Of a stretch of 25,925 nucleotides of DNA, positions 1-10,005 are shown in pieces. This DNA comes from a virus (Duplodnaviria > Heunggongvirae > Uroviricota > Caudoviricetes). The stretch lies in the IMG/VR virus record IMGVR_UViG_2917403263_000005. One strand, given 5' to 3'. Position numbers and translations under genes: made by a program. Every line of letters begins with the position of its first letter. The stretch's first letter is position 1. Under the pieces are notes generated by a model. The model saw only the letters and a list, made by a program, of their open reading frames with translations. It was not told the origin of the DNA and made no database searches.

Positions 1-258
1 ATGCAAACCGTTATTTTTGGTCGTCCGGGTTGCTCTTACTGCGTGCGTGCTAAAGAGTTGGCAGACAAACTGAGTAATGAACGCGATGACTTTGAATATC
101 AGTATGTTGATATTCGTGCAGAAGGGATTAGCAAAGAAGATTTACAACAGAAAGCGGGTAAACCAGTAGAAACCGTACCGCAGATTTTTGTCGACCAGCA
201 ACACATCGGCGGCTATACCGATTTTGCTGCCTGGGTGAAAGAGAATCTTGAAGCCTGA
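1..258 (+). CDS. grxA: glutaredoxin 1
   Basis: Complete 85-aa ORF, ATG at 1, TGA at 256-258. Translation MQTVIFGRPGCSYC...HIGGYTDFAAWVKENLEA matches enterobacterial Grx1 along its length as I recall it. Active-site tetrad reads C-S-Y-C. Confidence 0.9.
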   Translation: MQTVIFGRPGCSYCVRAKELADKLSNERDDFEYQYVDIRAEGISKEDLQQKAGKPVETVPQIFVDQQHIGGYTDFAAWVKENLEA

Positions 259-267
259 TTGCCGGAT

Positions 268-302
268 AAGCCCTCTCTGTTTGAGGGCTTTATTGATTTT
301 TT
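268..302. terminator. hairpin plus T-run between convergent grxA and ybjM
   Basis: Perfect 8-bp inverted repeat AAGCCCTC (268-275) / GAGGGCTT (283-290) with 7-nt loop, followed by T-rich run tattgatttttt (291-302). Lies right after the grxA stop and overlaps the ybjM stop. Confidence 0.5.
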
Positions 303-667
303 CTGTGCTGTGACTTGAACAAACTACTAATAAACAAGAAACACAACGCTCCCAACGCACACCAGAAGACGGCGCTCAATAACCACGCCAGCTCTTGCCA
401 GAATGAGCGTGTTGGTGAAAAAAACAGACGCATAATTAACATAGAACACGGTGCCGCCAGCATTGCGCCAAACAGCGGTTTAAGGACTTCTCTACGCTGC
501 GAAAAAAAGCTGGCAACCGCCCCAGGAAGAATGAAAAACAGCAAGCCGATTTCAGGATGCCCGGCAGCCCGAAAAGCGCCTTTCATTTGCGTCGCCAGGA
601 ACAGGCACACTACAATGAAGAGGACAAAACAGCAGATTGCCCCCGCCCAACGTTGTTTATGTTTCAC
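290..667 (-). CDS. ybjM: inner membrane protein YbjM
   Basis: 125-aa ORF, GTG start at 667, hydrophobic throughout (MKHKQRWAGAICCFVLFIVVCLFLAT...). Matches the small membrane protein found between grxA and ybjL in E. coli-like genomes. Confidence 0.85.
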   Translation of the reverse strand: MKHKQRWAGAICCFVLFIVVCLFLATQMKGAFRAAGHPEIGLLFFILPGAVASFFSQRREVLKPLFGAMLAAPCSMLIMRLFFSPTRSFWQELAWLLSAVFWCALGALCFLFISSLFKSQHRKNQ

Positions 668-934
668 TCGCTCCTCCTGACACTGCCTCTATCGAACACA
701 TTTTCGCCACTATGGCGTTCAGTAAGATAAAGCCGCTTCGCATTCCATGCTAATATAGGCCAACGCAATTTTTATAGCCGTTGGTACTTAATGTGATTAC
801 ACTAGTAAAATATATTGTTTCTTTACTATTGCTTATGTGCGCTGAATGAATCCGCGCCCTGATTTCAGGTAAAAACATTATCTTAAATTACCATTTCTTT
901 CAACAGCTTACTCGTAAACAAGAAGTTAGTCTCC

Positions 935-2620
935 GTGAATATAAACGTCGCCGAATTGTTAAATGGGAATTACATTCTGTTATTATTTGTAGTCCTTGCG
1001 CTTGGACTATGTCTAGGAAAATTACGACTTGGTTCAATCCAACTGGGTAATTCCATTGGCGTTTTAGTCGTATCGTTACTATTAGGGCAACAACATTTCA
1101 GCATTAACACCGACGCGCTTAATCTTGGCTTTATGTTGTTTATTTTCTGCGTCGGGGTCGAAGCCGGACCCAACTTTTTTTCCATTTTTTTCCGCGATGG
1201 GAAAAATTACCTAATGTTAGCTCTGGTGATGGTTAGCAGTGCGCTGGCGATCGCCTTAGGGTTGGGTAAGCTGTTTGGCTGGGATATCGGTCTGACGGCC
1301 GGTATGTTGGCTGGCTCCATGACATCGACACCGGTTCTGGTCGGTGCTGGCGACACATTACGCCATTCCGGTATGGAAAGCGGACAGCTCTCCACAGCAC
1401 TGGATAATCTAAGCCTTGGGTATGCGTTAACTTATTTAATCGGCCTGGTGAGTTTAATTGTCGGTGCACGTTATTTACCGAAGTTGCAACATCAGGATTT
1501 ACAGACCAGCGCCCAACAAATCGCTCGCGAACGTGGCCTGGACACCGATGCCAGCCGAAAAGTTTATTTGCCGGTGATCCGCGCCTACCGTGTCGGCCCG
1601 GAGCTGGTGGCCTGGACCGACGGCAAAAATCTGCGTGAATTGGGTATTTATCGTCAAACTGGTTGCTACATTGAACGTATTCGTCGTAACGGGATTCTGG
1701 CAAATCCGGATGGCGACGCCGTGCTGCAAATGGGCGATGAGATAGCGTTAGTGGGATATCCAGACGCCCATGCCCGCCTCGATCCCAGCTTCCGTAACGG
1801 TAAAGAAGTTTTTGATCGTGACCTTCTCGACATGCGTATCGTCACTGAAGAGGTCGTCGTCAAAAACCATAACGCGGTAGGTAAACGTCTGGCACAACTG
1901 AAGTTGACCGATCACGGTTGCTTCCTTAACCGCGTCATCCGCAGCCAGATTGAGATGCCAATTGATGACAACGTTGTGCTTAATAAAGGTGATGTTTTAC
2001 AGGTGAGCGGCGATGCCCGTCGCGTGAAAACCATTGCTGACCGCATCGGCTTTATCTCGATTCACAGCCAGGTCACAGACCTGCTGGCATTCTGCGCGTT
2101 CTTTGTTATTGGCCTGATGATCGGGATGATCACCTTCCAGTTCAGTACATTTAGCTTCGGCATGGGTAACGCTGCTGGCTTGTTATTCGCCGGCATTATG
2201 TTGGGCTTTATGCGCGCTAACCACCCGACCTTCGGTTACATTCCGCAGGGGGCGTTAAGCATGGTGAAAGAGTTCGGCTTGATGGTGTTTATGGCAGGCG
2301 TTGGTTTAAGCGCCGGTAGCGGCATTAATAACGGCCTGGGCGCGATCGGTGGTCAGATGTTAATTGCCGGATTGATTGTCAGTCTGGTGCCGGTGGTTAT
2401 CTGCTTCCTGTTCGGCGCTTATGTACTGCGTATGAACCGCGCACTCCTGTTCGGCGCGATGATGGGCGCGCGTACTTGTGCTCCGGCAATGGAGATCATC
2501 AGCGACACCGCACGCAGTAACATCCCAGCTTTAGGTTATGCGGGTACTTATGCAATAGCTAACGTACTGCTAACGCTGGCCGGGACAATCATTGTCATGG
2601 TATGGCCAGGACTCGGATAA
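935..2620 (+). CDS. ybjL: putative AAE-family transporter YbjL
   Basis: 561-aa ORF, GTG start at 935. Two hydrophobic membrane halves separated by a soluble central region, the known YbjL architecture; N-terminus [20 protein letters not shown] as in E. coli YbjL. Confidence 0.9.
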   Translation: MNINVAELLNGNYILLLFVVLALGLCLGKLRLGSIQLGNSIGVLVVSLLLGQQHFSINTDALNLGFMLFIFCVGVEAGPNFFSIFFRDGKNYLMLALVMVSSALAIALGLGKLFGWDIGLTAGMLAGSMTSTPVLVGAGDTLRHSGMESGQLSTALDNLSLGYALTYLIGLVSLIVGARYLPKLQHQDLQTSAQQIARERGLDTDASRKVYLPVIRAYRVGPELVAWTDGKNLRELGIYRQTGCYIERIRRNGILANPDGDAVLQMGDEIALVGYPDAHARLDPSFRNGKEVFDRDLLDMRIVTEEVVVKNHNAVGKRLAQLKLTDHGCFLNRVIRSQIEMPIDDNVVLNKGDVLQVSGDARRVKTIADRIGFISIHSQVTDLLAFCAFFVIGLMIGMITFQFSTFSFGMGNAAGLLFAGIMLGFMRANHPTFGYIPQGALSMVKEFGLMVFMAGVGLSAGSGINNGLGAIGGQMLIAGLIVSLVPVVICFLFGAYVLRMNRALLFGAMMGARTCAPAMEIISDTARSNIPALGYAGTYAIANVLLTLAGTIIVMVWPGLG

Positions 2621-2732
2621 AACTGAAGTTGCCCTGAAAATGAAATTTTTTTGTACAATCGGCGAACTTTTCTTTGGGGCATCAGTCTTAATTAGTGCCA
2701 CTGCTTTTCTTTGATGTCCCCATTTTGTGGAG

Positions 2733-2775
2733 CCCATCAACCCCGCCATTTCGGTTCAAGGTTGATGGGTTTTTT
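2733..2775 (+). terminator. rho-independent terminator-like hairpin downstream of ybjL
   Basis: Perfect 10-bp inverted repeat CCCATCAACC (2733-2742) / GGTTGATGGG (2760-2769) followed by T6 (2770-2775). The loop is long (17 nt), so confidence is moderate. Confidence 0.5.
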
Positions 2776-2855
2776 GTTGCCTGAAATTTATGCCGTTTAA
2801 AATCATGACGTTAGAAGCACTGTTTTTTAACGATGGCGACAAAATGGCGGCAGCG

Positions 2856-3074
2856 TCAAAGAGAGAGCGCCACCTGTCCTGATTTCATTGGATGCGGCTG
2901 AACCGGATTTGACTCTTTTGGCGTTGCAATCGAACGAACAAAAGTTTCATGGGTAACAAAAGTATGGCTGCAGTTAATGTTCTGGCACTGGTTGTAACGC
3001 TCTTTGGTCAATGAAGATACCTGAAAACTGCTGCGAGTATGGGCGGCACTTCCGCACAGTGGGCAAATCATCAT
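2856..3074 (-). CDS. ogr: Ogr/Delta-family zinc-finger late transcription activator
   Basis: Translation MMICPLCGSAAHTRSSF...KERYNQCQNINCSHTF shows the CxxC-x22-CxxxxC Ogr zinc finger and is close to P2 Ogr. The ORF track starts at a GTG at 3107; I place the start at ATG 3074 because GGGGAGAA sits 8-12 nt upstream. Confidence 0.85.
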   Translation of the reverse strand: MMICPLCGSAAHTRSSFQVSSLTKERYNQCQNINCSHTFVTHETFVRSIATPKESNPVQPHPMKSGQVALSL

Positions 3075-3164
3075 TTTTCGAGTTCTCCCCATTTTTGCTA
3101 AATTCACAATAATGATACCGCATCATTCCATTTTGCAAACTTAAAAGTTCTCCATTGCGAAGAA

Positions 3165-4268
3165 TCATTCCATTTCGAAATCATCAATCCTCACTTCAAG
3201 CTCCAGACTGGTCGTAAAACCGTTATCCGGGCTGACGGTATGCGTCAGAGTCGTAATGGTCCATTCCGCATCATCTATCGGCTGTTTAAAGCCACTGACC
3301 TTCACAGGCATTTCTGTGTAGAGATCTGCCCGCCCTTCCGCCAGTTGTAGCGAGAATAATGCAACGCCGCGTTGCAGGCGTTCCCACTGCATTTTCGCTG
3401 CCCGTTCGGCGTTGCTCCGGTTGGCATAAGTGCGATTAAGTACCAGCACGTTTTCATCCGTACCCACCAGGTAATCGCCCTGCTTCGCTTCTTCCGGCTC
3501 TTTCTTCTGCTTCTTAGTCCTGCGCTTACGCTTCACCGTGGTGCTTTCTTTCTTCGCGGGTTCGCGGGTATGCAACCAGCTGGCAATGACGCCCGTGTAA
3601 GCTCCGCGATCTGCCAGGGTAAAGCGGTGACTGTCGCCGTCCTTGCGTGTGATAGTGATCACCGGCAGTGGTTTACCAGTGGCGCTTTTGCCCTGCCCCT
3701 GCCGGATGAATAACAGATTGCCATTTTTCACCGACGCGATGGCACCGTACTGTCGCGCCAGCCGCATCAGAAAACTGCCGTCACTCTCATTAGTCTGGTC
3801 TATATGATCCACGGGTTTATCCGACAGGTCTTTACCCAGTGCCATCTTCAGTTTGTGACGCGCAGCTATTTCCTTCACCACTTCCCCGACCGTGGTCTTG
3901 TGCCACGATTTTTCACGGCGGGTATTCAGCGTTTCCCGAAAATCAGCACTTCGCGCCCGGATAGTCAGGCGGTCCGGGGCGCCAGTGTGTTCAATCTCGT
4001 CCACCGTGAATGCCCCTTTCGGGAAAAGCGGCTGCCCCTTCCAGCCCAGCGCCAGTGTAATGACCGCACCACGGCGCGGCAGCACGATTTTTCCGTCGGC
4101 GTCGTCCAGCTCCAGATCAAGCTGGTCCGCTTCAAAGCCCCTATTGTCCGTCAGCGTCAGACTCATCAGGCGATTATCCAGGACAGTAGTGATATCCCTG
4201 CCCTCAATACTGATGCTGAATGCGGGAGTTTTGTTACCCTTGTTAAGCAGTTCAGAGCTGAAATTCAC
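3165..4268 (-). CDS. D: tail protein D (late control gene D family)
   Basis: 367 aa. Segments AFSISIEGRDIT, LTLTDNRGFEADQLDLELDD, a basic KRKRRTKKQKK linker and C-terminal PVKVSGFK...WTITT match P2 gpD. GTG start overlaps the U stop (GTGA). Confidence 0.9.
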   Translation of the reverse strand: MNFSSELLNKGNKTPAFSISIEGRDITTVLDNRLMSLTLTDNRGFEADQLDLELDDADGKIVLPRRGAVITLALGWKGQPLFPKGAFTVDEIEHTGAPDRLTIRARSADFRETLNTRREKSWHKTTVGEVVKEIAARHKLKMALGKDLSDKPVDHIDQTNESDGSFLMRLARQYGAIASVKNGNLLFIRQGQGKSATGKPLPVITITRKDGDSHRFTLADRGAYTGVIASWLHTREPAKKESTTVKRKRRTKKQKKEPEEAKQGDYLVGTDENVLVLNRTYANRSNAERAAKMQWERLQRGVALFSLQLAEGRADLYTEMPVKVSGFKQPIDDAEWTITTLTHTVSPDNGFTTSLELEVRIDDFEME

Positions 4269-4750
4269 GACAGCAGCCCTCCCACCGTTTTACTGATATC
4301 GCTTAAAGCAGATGTTGCCGTTTCCTGCAGATTATTCAGTTGCGCACTGAGATCACCGAACATATCGGACAGGGATTCATCCACTCGTTTGAGCGACAGG
4401 GTGAACTCAATCCGGCGCGGCATACCGTCGCGGAAAAACTCCGTTTTAGTCTGATTCAGTCCCTCAATCACATACATGCCGTAAATCGTGCCGCTGCCTT
4501 CAATCAGGGGCCATGCTTTCCCCTGTTCTGCCATCTGCTCAAGTGCCAGCAACGACAGCCTGCCGCCTGTTATCTCCGGCATAAGAACACCGGAAAGCGT
4601 CAGCATGTCGTTGTCCGGTCCCAGAAACTGCGTGGACGGACGACGATTTACCCGGCTGTTAGCCGCATGTCGCCAGCTGCGTTGATACTGCAGTTCCTGA
4701 TACGGCACGGTGCGCAGCATAAACACGTACAATCCCAGCACCATCATCAT
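4265..4750 (-). CDS. U: tail protein U
   Basis: 161 aa beginning MMMVLGLYVFMLRTVPYQELQYQRSWRH, near-identical in its N-terminus to P2 gpU. ATGA overlap with the T stop. Confidence 0.9.
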   Translation of the reverse strand: MMMVLGLYVFMLRTVPYQELQYQRSWRHAANSRVNRRPSTQFLGPDNDMLTLSGVLMPEITGGRLSLLALEQMAEQGKAWPLIEGSGTIYGMYVIEGLNQTKTEFFRDGMPRRIEFTLSLKRVDESLSDMFGDLSAQLNNLQETATSALSDISKTVGGLLS

Positions 4751-7700
4751 GCGTCGTATCCCCCCTGATCGCTGTAGTTACTCCTGGCTTTTGCCTTCAG
4801 CCTGCGTTCACGTTCATCAAGCTGGCGGGCCACCTCCCGCGCAATATCCTGCGCACTTTGTCCTGGCTGCGTCTGAATGATGATCTGCGTCGGTGCCTCA
4901 ATCCGTTGAACGGGCGGCACAGTGGCTGCACGACTCACCATCGCTTCGCCGCCTTTCGCGGGAAGTGCCAAAGGATGCAACGGTGGAAGCTCTGCAGGCG
5001 CGGCAGCAACGCCCATCATTCCGGCAACAACGGCAGCCAGTGCAGCTGTATTTCTCCGGCTGGTCACGTTTGCCGGGCCGTTAACAATTTCCGGCCCGTT
5101 TTCACCGACGATGCCAAACTGCCCGCGCGGGATATAGCCGCCGCTGTCATACATCCCCGCAAAGCCATATCCCCATGACGGAAAACCACCCGATGGCATC
5201 ATCACTTTACCGTCTGCATTCACCGTCGCAGGTTGCTGACGCGTCACGCTTTCCGGCAGTTTCGCCTTTGCAGCCTCTTTACTGACAATGCCGAGTTTAT
5301 CCAGCAACCAGGAAACGCCAGATTTCAGGGAGTCCAGCGGATGCATAACCATATTCAGCCCTTCCGCCAGTGCCTCCCCGAATCGTCGCCCCATTGCCGC
5401 TGCGCTCTGCAGTTCGGCAGAGGTCGACTTAACGGGCGTCAGCAGATCAGTAAACCAGCCCCACAGCGCCTGTACTTTGTCGCCAATCCACTGAAACACA
5501 GGCTTAAGTGGTTCAAATGCAGCACTGATGGGACCTGCCGCCGCTTTGAATCCCTCCACCACGCCATCGAGAAATGCGGTGATGGGTTGCCAGTATTTCC
5601 AGACAACCAGCGCCACGCCTGCCAGTGCAGTAACCACAAGACCTATCGGACTGAGCAGAGCACCTAACAGACCAGATATGGCATACAGGGCAACGCGCAG
5701 CATCGCCAGTGGACCAGATGCCAGTACTCGCAACACCGTGCCTGCGGCGGTCAGTCCACCGCGCAGTACCGCCAGAGGATTCATAAACATCACAGCAACA
5801 GCACGTAAACCGGATAATCCAGACCGCAAAAGTGCAACCGGCGCACCTGCTACAGTTTTCAGGACATTTCCCGTCAGTGATGCCGTGCGGCGCAAAGACG
5901 ACAACGGCGCAGTAAGTAAACCCGCAGCATTGCCCGATGAAGCAAGCCCGCGTCGCAGCAGTGCCAGTGGTGCGCCAGCCAGCCAGGACAACGCGTTGCT
6001 GGTTCGAGTTACTGCTGCCGTAACGGAAGGTAACGTTTTGATACCCAGCACAGAGAATCCCAGACGGATCACTGCCAGCGGCCCCAGCACTGCAGCCAAC
6101 ACTACAGCCAGGGTGCCGAGGCCCACGGTAACAGCAGCCACAACCGCTGCTACTTTCATCAGTGTGCCCGTCAGTTCCGGGTTAGCTTCCACCCAGCGAC
6201 GCAGCGCCCCCGTGACGCTTTTTACCGTGTACAGAATATCCATCAGCGGCTGGCGCAGCGTTTCGCCCAGGCTGCTGAAGGTGTTCTGCGCTCCGGTTTT
6301 GACCAGCAACCACTGAGCAGAAAGTGAATCCTTGTTGATGTCGGATTCTTTCTGCATGGAACCGAGCGCATCATTGCCCGCTGTCAGTTTTAGCTGGCGC
6401 TGCAGTTCCGGCAGGTTGTTTGCCAGTTTCGCCGCGTCATCGCCAAACTCTTTACCAAACAACATGGTCATGGCAGACAGTCGCTTATCCTGCGGCAGTG
6501 CATTCACCTTCTCCAGCACACGCTGGATAGTTCCCATCGCATCCTTCGTCATCTGCTTTTCAATCACTTCAGGATTAAGTTTCAGCAGATTCATTCCTTC
6601 GAAGAAACTCTTACTTTGCATGGTGGCAATGGACAATTCACGCACCATCGCGTTTGCTGCACTGGCTGCAACCTCCGGCGCAGCGCCCAGTGTCAGGAAG
6701 GTGGAACCCAGCGCCGCCGCTTTACGATAATCCAGACGGTCAGCCACACCGCCCAGACGTTGCATAACATCGATGATGTCCGCCCCTTTCGACATGGCGT
6801 TATCATCCAGATAGTTCAGCGCATCGCCGAGCTGTTCAATATTGCGGGTAGGGATTTTGTAGAGCTGGGCGATTTTCCCCAGACTTTCTGACAGTTCATC
6901 CGCTGGCAGCTCAAAGGCTGTTGCCGCCTTTGCCGCCGTACTGGCGAAGGCCAGCAGGTCACGTTTCTGGTCTTCCCAGCTGTCGTCAGGGTTTGCGACG
7001 TTCATGCGCGCCCCACCTTCAACCAGTGCAGCGAAATCCACCGCACCGTTTTCCATCGGCAACTGTTCGCTGGCAGCCTTGATGGCATCCTGCATTTCGT
7101 AAAAACGCGCAGTGCGGTTGCCATTATCGTCACGCAGACCATTGACCTGCTTTGCCACACCTTTCATGGCATCTTCCATGCTGGTATAGCTTTTTACTGC
7201 CGCCATCACTGGTGCGCCCATTGCCAGCCCTGCCGCCGTGGTGGTGGCTCCGGCTCCTGCAATACGATCGCGCACCTCCAGCGAACGGGCATAACTGGCA
7301 CGCGCCGCATTCATCCTGCGCTGAGCTTCCCCCAGTCGCTTCAGCCGCGCCTCCTGTTTCGACAATTCCTGGTTATAACGTGATGTTTCACGGGCTAAAC
7401 GGGCAGTTGCTCCCGCATCATCTTTCGCAGAAATTCCCGCCCGGTACAGTTCTGCACGCACAAGCGCCGTTTGCTTCTGCAAATATTTTTGTTGTTCTTC
7501 CAGGCGTTGGACTGCCAGCGTTTGCCGACCTAAAGCCACAAGGTGCCGTTGTGATGGTTGTTCCATCGCCTCCAGCTCAGAGCTAAGCAAATTAGCCTTC
7601 TGTCTGGCATAGTTCAGCCTGTCGCCTAACTTCTTGTTATCGGCCTGCAGCTTGCGAAATTTTTCCAGGCTGTTACCCGCCTGATTGAGTTGCTTTAATG

Positions 7701-7824
7701 CGTCACGGGAGTTTCTGATTGCGCCAGCCAGCTCTTTCGAACTGGCCTGTGCAGCACGGAATGGGCGGGTGAGTTTGTCAACCGCATTAAGAATGACCTG
7801 CAGCCGCAGGTTGTTATCACTCAT
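4747..7824 (-). CDS. T: tail tape measure protein
   Basis: 1025-aa ORF between E/E' and U. Coiled-coil-rich N-terminus and Ala/Gly/Leu-rich hydrophobic central region typical of tape measure proteins; position equals P2 gpT. Confidence 0.9.
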   Translation of the reverse strand: MSDNNLRLQVILNAVDKLTRPFRAAQASSKELAGAIRNSRDALKQLNQAGNSLEKFRKLQADNKKLGDRLNYARQKANLLSSELEAMEQPSQRHLVALGRQTLAVQRLEEQQKYLQKQTALVRAELYRAGISAKDDAGATARLARETSRYNQELSKQEARLKRLGEAQRRMNAARASYARSLEVRDRIAGAGATTTAAGLAMGAPVMAAVKSYTSMEDAMKGVAKQVNGLRDDNGNRTARFYEMQDAIKAASEQLPMENGAVDFAALVEGGARMNVANPDDSWEDQKRDLLAFASTAAKAATAFELPADELSESLGKIAQLYKIPTRNIEQLGDALNYLDDNAMSKGADIIDVMQRLGGVADRLDYRKAAALGSTFLTLGAAPEVAASAANAMVRELSIATMQSKSFFEGMNLLKLNPEVIEKQMTKDAMGTIQRVLEKVNALPQDKRLSAMTMLFGKEFGDDAAKLANNLPELQRQLKLTAGNDALGSMQKESDINKDSLSAQWLLVKTGAQNTFSSLGETLRQPLMDILYTVKSVTGALRRWVEANPELTGTLMKVAAVVAAVTVGLGTLAVVLAAVLGPLAVIRLGFSVLGIKTLPSVTAAVTRTSNALSWLAGAPLALLRRGLASSGNAAGLLTAPLSSLRRTASLTGNVLKTVAGAPVALLRSGLSGLRAVAVMFMNPLAVLRGGLTAAGTVLRVLASGPLAMLRVALYAISGLLGALLSPIGLVVTALAGVALVVWKYWQPITAFLDGVVEGFKAAAGPISAAFEPLKPVFQWIGDKVQALWGWFTDLLTPVKSTSAELQSAAAMGRRFGEALAEGLNMVMHPLDSLKSGVSWLLDKLGIVSKEAAKAKLPESVTRQQPATVNADGKVMMPSGGFPSWGYGFAGMYDSGGYIPRGQFGIVGENGPEIVNGPANVTSRRNTAALAAVVAGMMGVAAAPAELPPLHPLALPAKGGEAMVSRAATVPPVQRIEAPTQIIIQTQPGQSAQDIAREVARQLDERERRLKAKARSNYSDQGGYDA

Positions 7825-8253
7825 CGTTGGCCCCGCTTCTCTGAATCGCTTTATACCGCCATTCCAGCACTTCGGTCAGCGGCATAACGTCAGTAACGGA
7901 TGGCGGCCAGTGAAAGATGGTGGCGATATCTGCCACCAGATCGTCAACCGTCAGGCTGTCGGTAAACCGGCAAGCACCGACTTCTTCAACAAAAAAGTGA
8001 CAACCTCAACCGACATGGCAGTGAGATCTGCCGGGTCCATCTCTGCAATTTCCTGTGCAGTCAGTGCCGGACTGGAAATGCGGGGGATCACGGTCATCAT
8101 CGCGTTCACATCCATATCCATAATGGCCTGCAGGCGTGTACCGCGCAGCGCACCGGACTGCGGTTTACGCAGCACAATTTCGGTAATTTCTGTTTTACCG
8201 CGCATGATGGGGGTGTCCAGTTGAATGGTCTTTTCAGTCTGCTTATCGCTCAT
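7817..8253 (-). CDS. E+E': tail assembly chaperone E+E' (-1 frameshift product)
   Basis: After TTTTTTG the -1 frame stays open for 56 codons (VEEVGACRFTDSLTVDDLVADIATIFHWPPSVTDVMPLTEVLEWRYKAIQRSGANDE) and ends at TGA 7819-7817, overlapping the T start. This is the conserved P2 E/E' (lambda G/GT-like) arrangement. Confidence 0.65.
7951..8253 (-). CDS. E: tail assembly chaperone E
   Basis: 100-aa ORF immediately upstream of T, ATG at 8253. Contains the slippery heptamer TTTTTTG near its 3' end (minus strand, 7996-7990). Confidence 0.8.
   Translation of the reverse strand: MSDKQTEKTIQLDTPIMRGKTEITEIVLRKPQSGALRGTRLQAIMDMDVNAMMTVIPRISSPALTAQEIAEMDPADLTAMSVEVVTFLLKKSVLAGLPTA
7990..7996 (-). promoter_or_regulatory. 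programmed -1 ribosomal frameshift slippery site (T TTT TTG)
   Basis: Heptamer read directly on the minus strand inside E, in frame as ACT TTT TTG; the downstream -1 frame is open to the T start. Confidence 0.6.
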
Positions 8254-8307
8254 TTTGCTGTCCTGTAAATTGGGTTCTGGCGCGGTATCCCGCGCCGTTC
8301 AGATAGA

Positions 8308-8823
8308 TCAGAGGCCGAGGGCGTTGCGGTGCGCTTCCATCAGGTCCACACCGTCCACAATTTCCACCATGTTGATAAGGTCCACTTCATAGAGCACCTC
8401 ACCATTGATGGTCAGCTTCGCGTAGCTGTTGGTACTGGTCACTTTGGTGGTGTTGCTTTCGCCCGTCTTCCACTCGCCGGAATCCACTTCTTTGTGACGC
8501 CCACGCACCACAAGCTCCACGGCCTGCACTTCCCCGGTATCATCACGCTGAATAGAGCCGGTAAAGCGCAGCTGGATGCCATCCACCGTGGCTTTGCCCA
8601 TCTGCTTAAACAGCAGCAGTTCAGTACCACCAATGGAAAATTCTGTATCCAGTGCACTGTCATCCAGTCCCAGATCCACATCCACCGCCCCCGGCATACC
8701 GCCGCCGCGATACTTCTCATATTTGCGGGTGAATTTCGGCAGCGTCAGCGACTCAACGATCCCCTGCCAGTTGTTCCCGTCGTTAAACAGGTTCAGGTGT
8801 TTTAATTTGCGTGGTAAAGCCAT
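8308..8823 (-). CDS. FII: tail tube protein FII
   Basis: 171 aa, MALPRKLKHLNLFNDG...; size, sequence and position (between FI and E) match the P2 major tail tube protein. Confidence 0.9.
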   Translation of the reverse strand: MALPRKLKHLNLFNDGNNWQGIVESLTLPKFTRKYEKYRGGGMPGAVDVDLGLDDSALDTEFSIGGTELLLFKQMGKATVDGIQLRFTGSIQRDDTGEVQAVELVVRGRHKEVDSGEWKTGESNTTKVTSTNSYAKLTINGEVLYEVDLINMVEIVDGVDLMEAHRNALGL

Positions 8824-8832
8824 GTTGTCCCC

Positions 8833-10005
8833 TTACGCGCTGACCTGGCTGGCGAAATTCACCAGGTACTGATCGGTGATGCGCTGACGCAGCATCAGGT
8901 TTTCAAGTGGCGGCACTGGCGTGTAGTCGTAGTCGATGGTGAGCTTCCCGGCTTTCAGAGTGTCTTTATCGTTCACCGACTCGTCCAGCCAGCAATCACC
9001 ACCAATGAGATAGCCCTGACTGACCAGGCTGCGCATTTTGGCGCGGATACCTTCGATAATGTCGCGGGCCAGCGACGGGTTCAGCGGTTTGTCCACCGCC
9101 CACATATGCGCTTCTGCCATCGTGTCCATCAGTACCTGCGCCGTGCGGGTGTAGTTTTCGAAGGCAAAGAGCGGGTCATCACTCAGGCTGCGGGAACCCC
9201 AGAAGCGGAAACCGTCTTTGCGGATAAGCGTGGTGACGTCGTTCTGGTTCAGCAGACCTGCATCTGTTGCCGGGTCCTGCAGATCCCAGAACACATCAGC
9301 AGAAATTCCGGTGACACCGTTCACGCCCACGTTGGACAGGCTTTTGTGCCATCCGGTCTGCTCGTCAATTTTGGCGCGCAGGCCAAGCGCACGTGCGGTG
9401 GCGTATGCCGTTGCTTCGGCATTCAGCACCGTGTCCCAGCTGATAAAATCCGGCCAGATCAGCATCCCTTCACGCTGGCTGAAGTTTTCGCGGTAGGTAA
9501 GCACTTCTTCCACTGTTTTGCAGCCATACGCCGACAGGTAAGCAAACCCGCGCAGGCTTTGCGCCACACTCAGCAGCTCAGTCGCAACGGCTTTGTTATC
9601 GTGACCTGGCACGCCGAGAATGCGCGGTTTAACGCCGAGCTGTGACTGGGCAGATAACAGGGCTTTCATGCCTGTTTTTTTACCCTCGGCGGTCACTGCG
9701 CCGATGATATTGGTTGTGGTTTCTTCTTCCGTTTCACCCTGCGGCACACGCACAACAACGGTCACGGGTTTTGCCTGATCAGCGATGGCATCCAGCGAAC
9801 GGGCCAGCGTGCCGGACTCACCCGCTTTACCGCTGGCGGTCAGTACATCAGTTATCAGCACGGGTTTATTAAGAGGAAACATTTTTGCATCGGCATCATC
9901 GCCCGTGCAGACCATACCCACGATGGCGGTGCTCACCGTGGTAATGGATCGGGTGCCTTCGTTGACTTCAACAACGCGCACTCCGTGGTGGTAATCCTGA
10001 GCCAT
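8833..10005 (-). CDS. FI: tail sheath protein FI
   Basis: 390 aa, [19 protein letters not shown]...; strong AGGAGG Shine-Dalgarno 8 nt upstream of ATG 10005; matches P2 contractile sheath protein. Confidence 0.9.
   Translation of the reverse strand: MAQDYHHGVRVVEVNEGTRSITTVSTAIVGMVCTGDDADAKMFPLNKPVLITDVLTASGKAGESGTLARSLDAIADQAKPVTVVVRVPQGETEEETTTNIIGAVTAEGKKTGMKALLSAQSQLGVKPRILGVPGHDNKAVATELLSVAQSLRGFAYLSAYGCKTVEEVLTYRENFSQREGMLIWPDFISWDTVLNAEATAYATARALGLRAKIDEQTGWHKSLSNVGVNGVTGISADVFWDLQDPATDAGLLNQNDVTTLIRKDGFRFWGSRSLSDDPLFAFENYTRTAQVLMDTMAEAHMWAVDKPLNPSLARDIIEGIRAKMRSLVSQGYLIGGDCWLDESVNDKDTLKAGKLTIDYDYTPVPPLENLMLRQRITDQYLVNFASQVSA

Noticed and set aside
315-680. 121-aa plus-strand ORF overlapping ybjM
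   Set aside because: Antisense to ybjM, which has the expected size and hydrophobic profile; the plus-strand translation is basic and low-complexity.
1233-1703. 156-aa minus-strand ORF antisense to ybjL (also 970-1185, 1207-1395, 1499-1863)
   Set aside because: Inside the conserved ybjL coding sequence; Pro/Arg-rich translation; treated as an antisense artefact.
2776-2855. Looked for a tRNA or tmRNA 3' end as integration target next to ogr
   Set aside because: No cloverleaf-compatible sequence or CCA-ended acceptor-like segment recognised by eye; the junction appears to be intergenic DNA downstream of ybjL.
2974-3168. 64-aa minus-strand ORF spanning the ogr start and ogr-D spacer
   Set aside because: Overlaps ogr in another frame and has no recognisable features; the Ogr zinc-finger frame is clearly the real one.
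5528-6316. 262-aa plus-strand ORF (and neighbours at 4858-5667 and 6332-6891) antisense to the tape measure gene
   Set aside because: Lies wholly inside the well-supported minus-strand T gene. Its Ala/Pro/Ser/Thr/Arg-rich low-complexity translation is typical of spurious antisense ORFs in GC-rich coding sequence.
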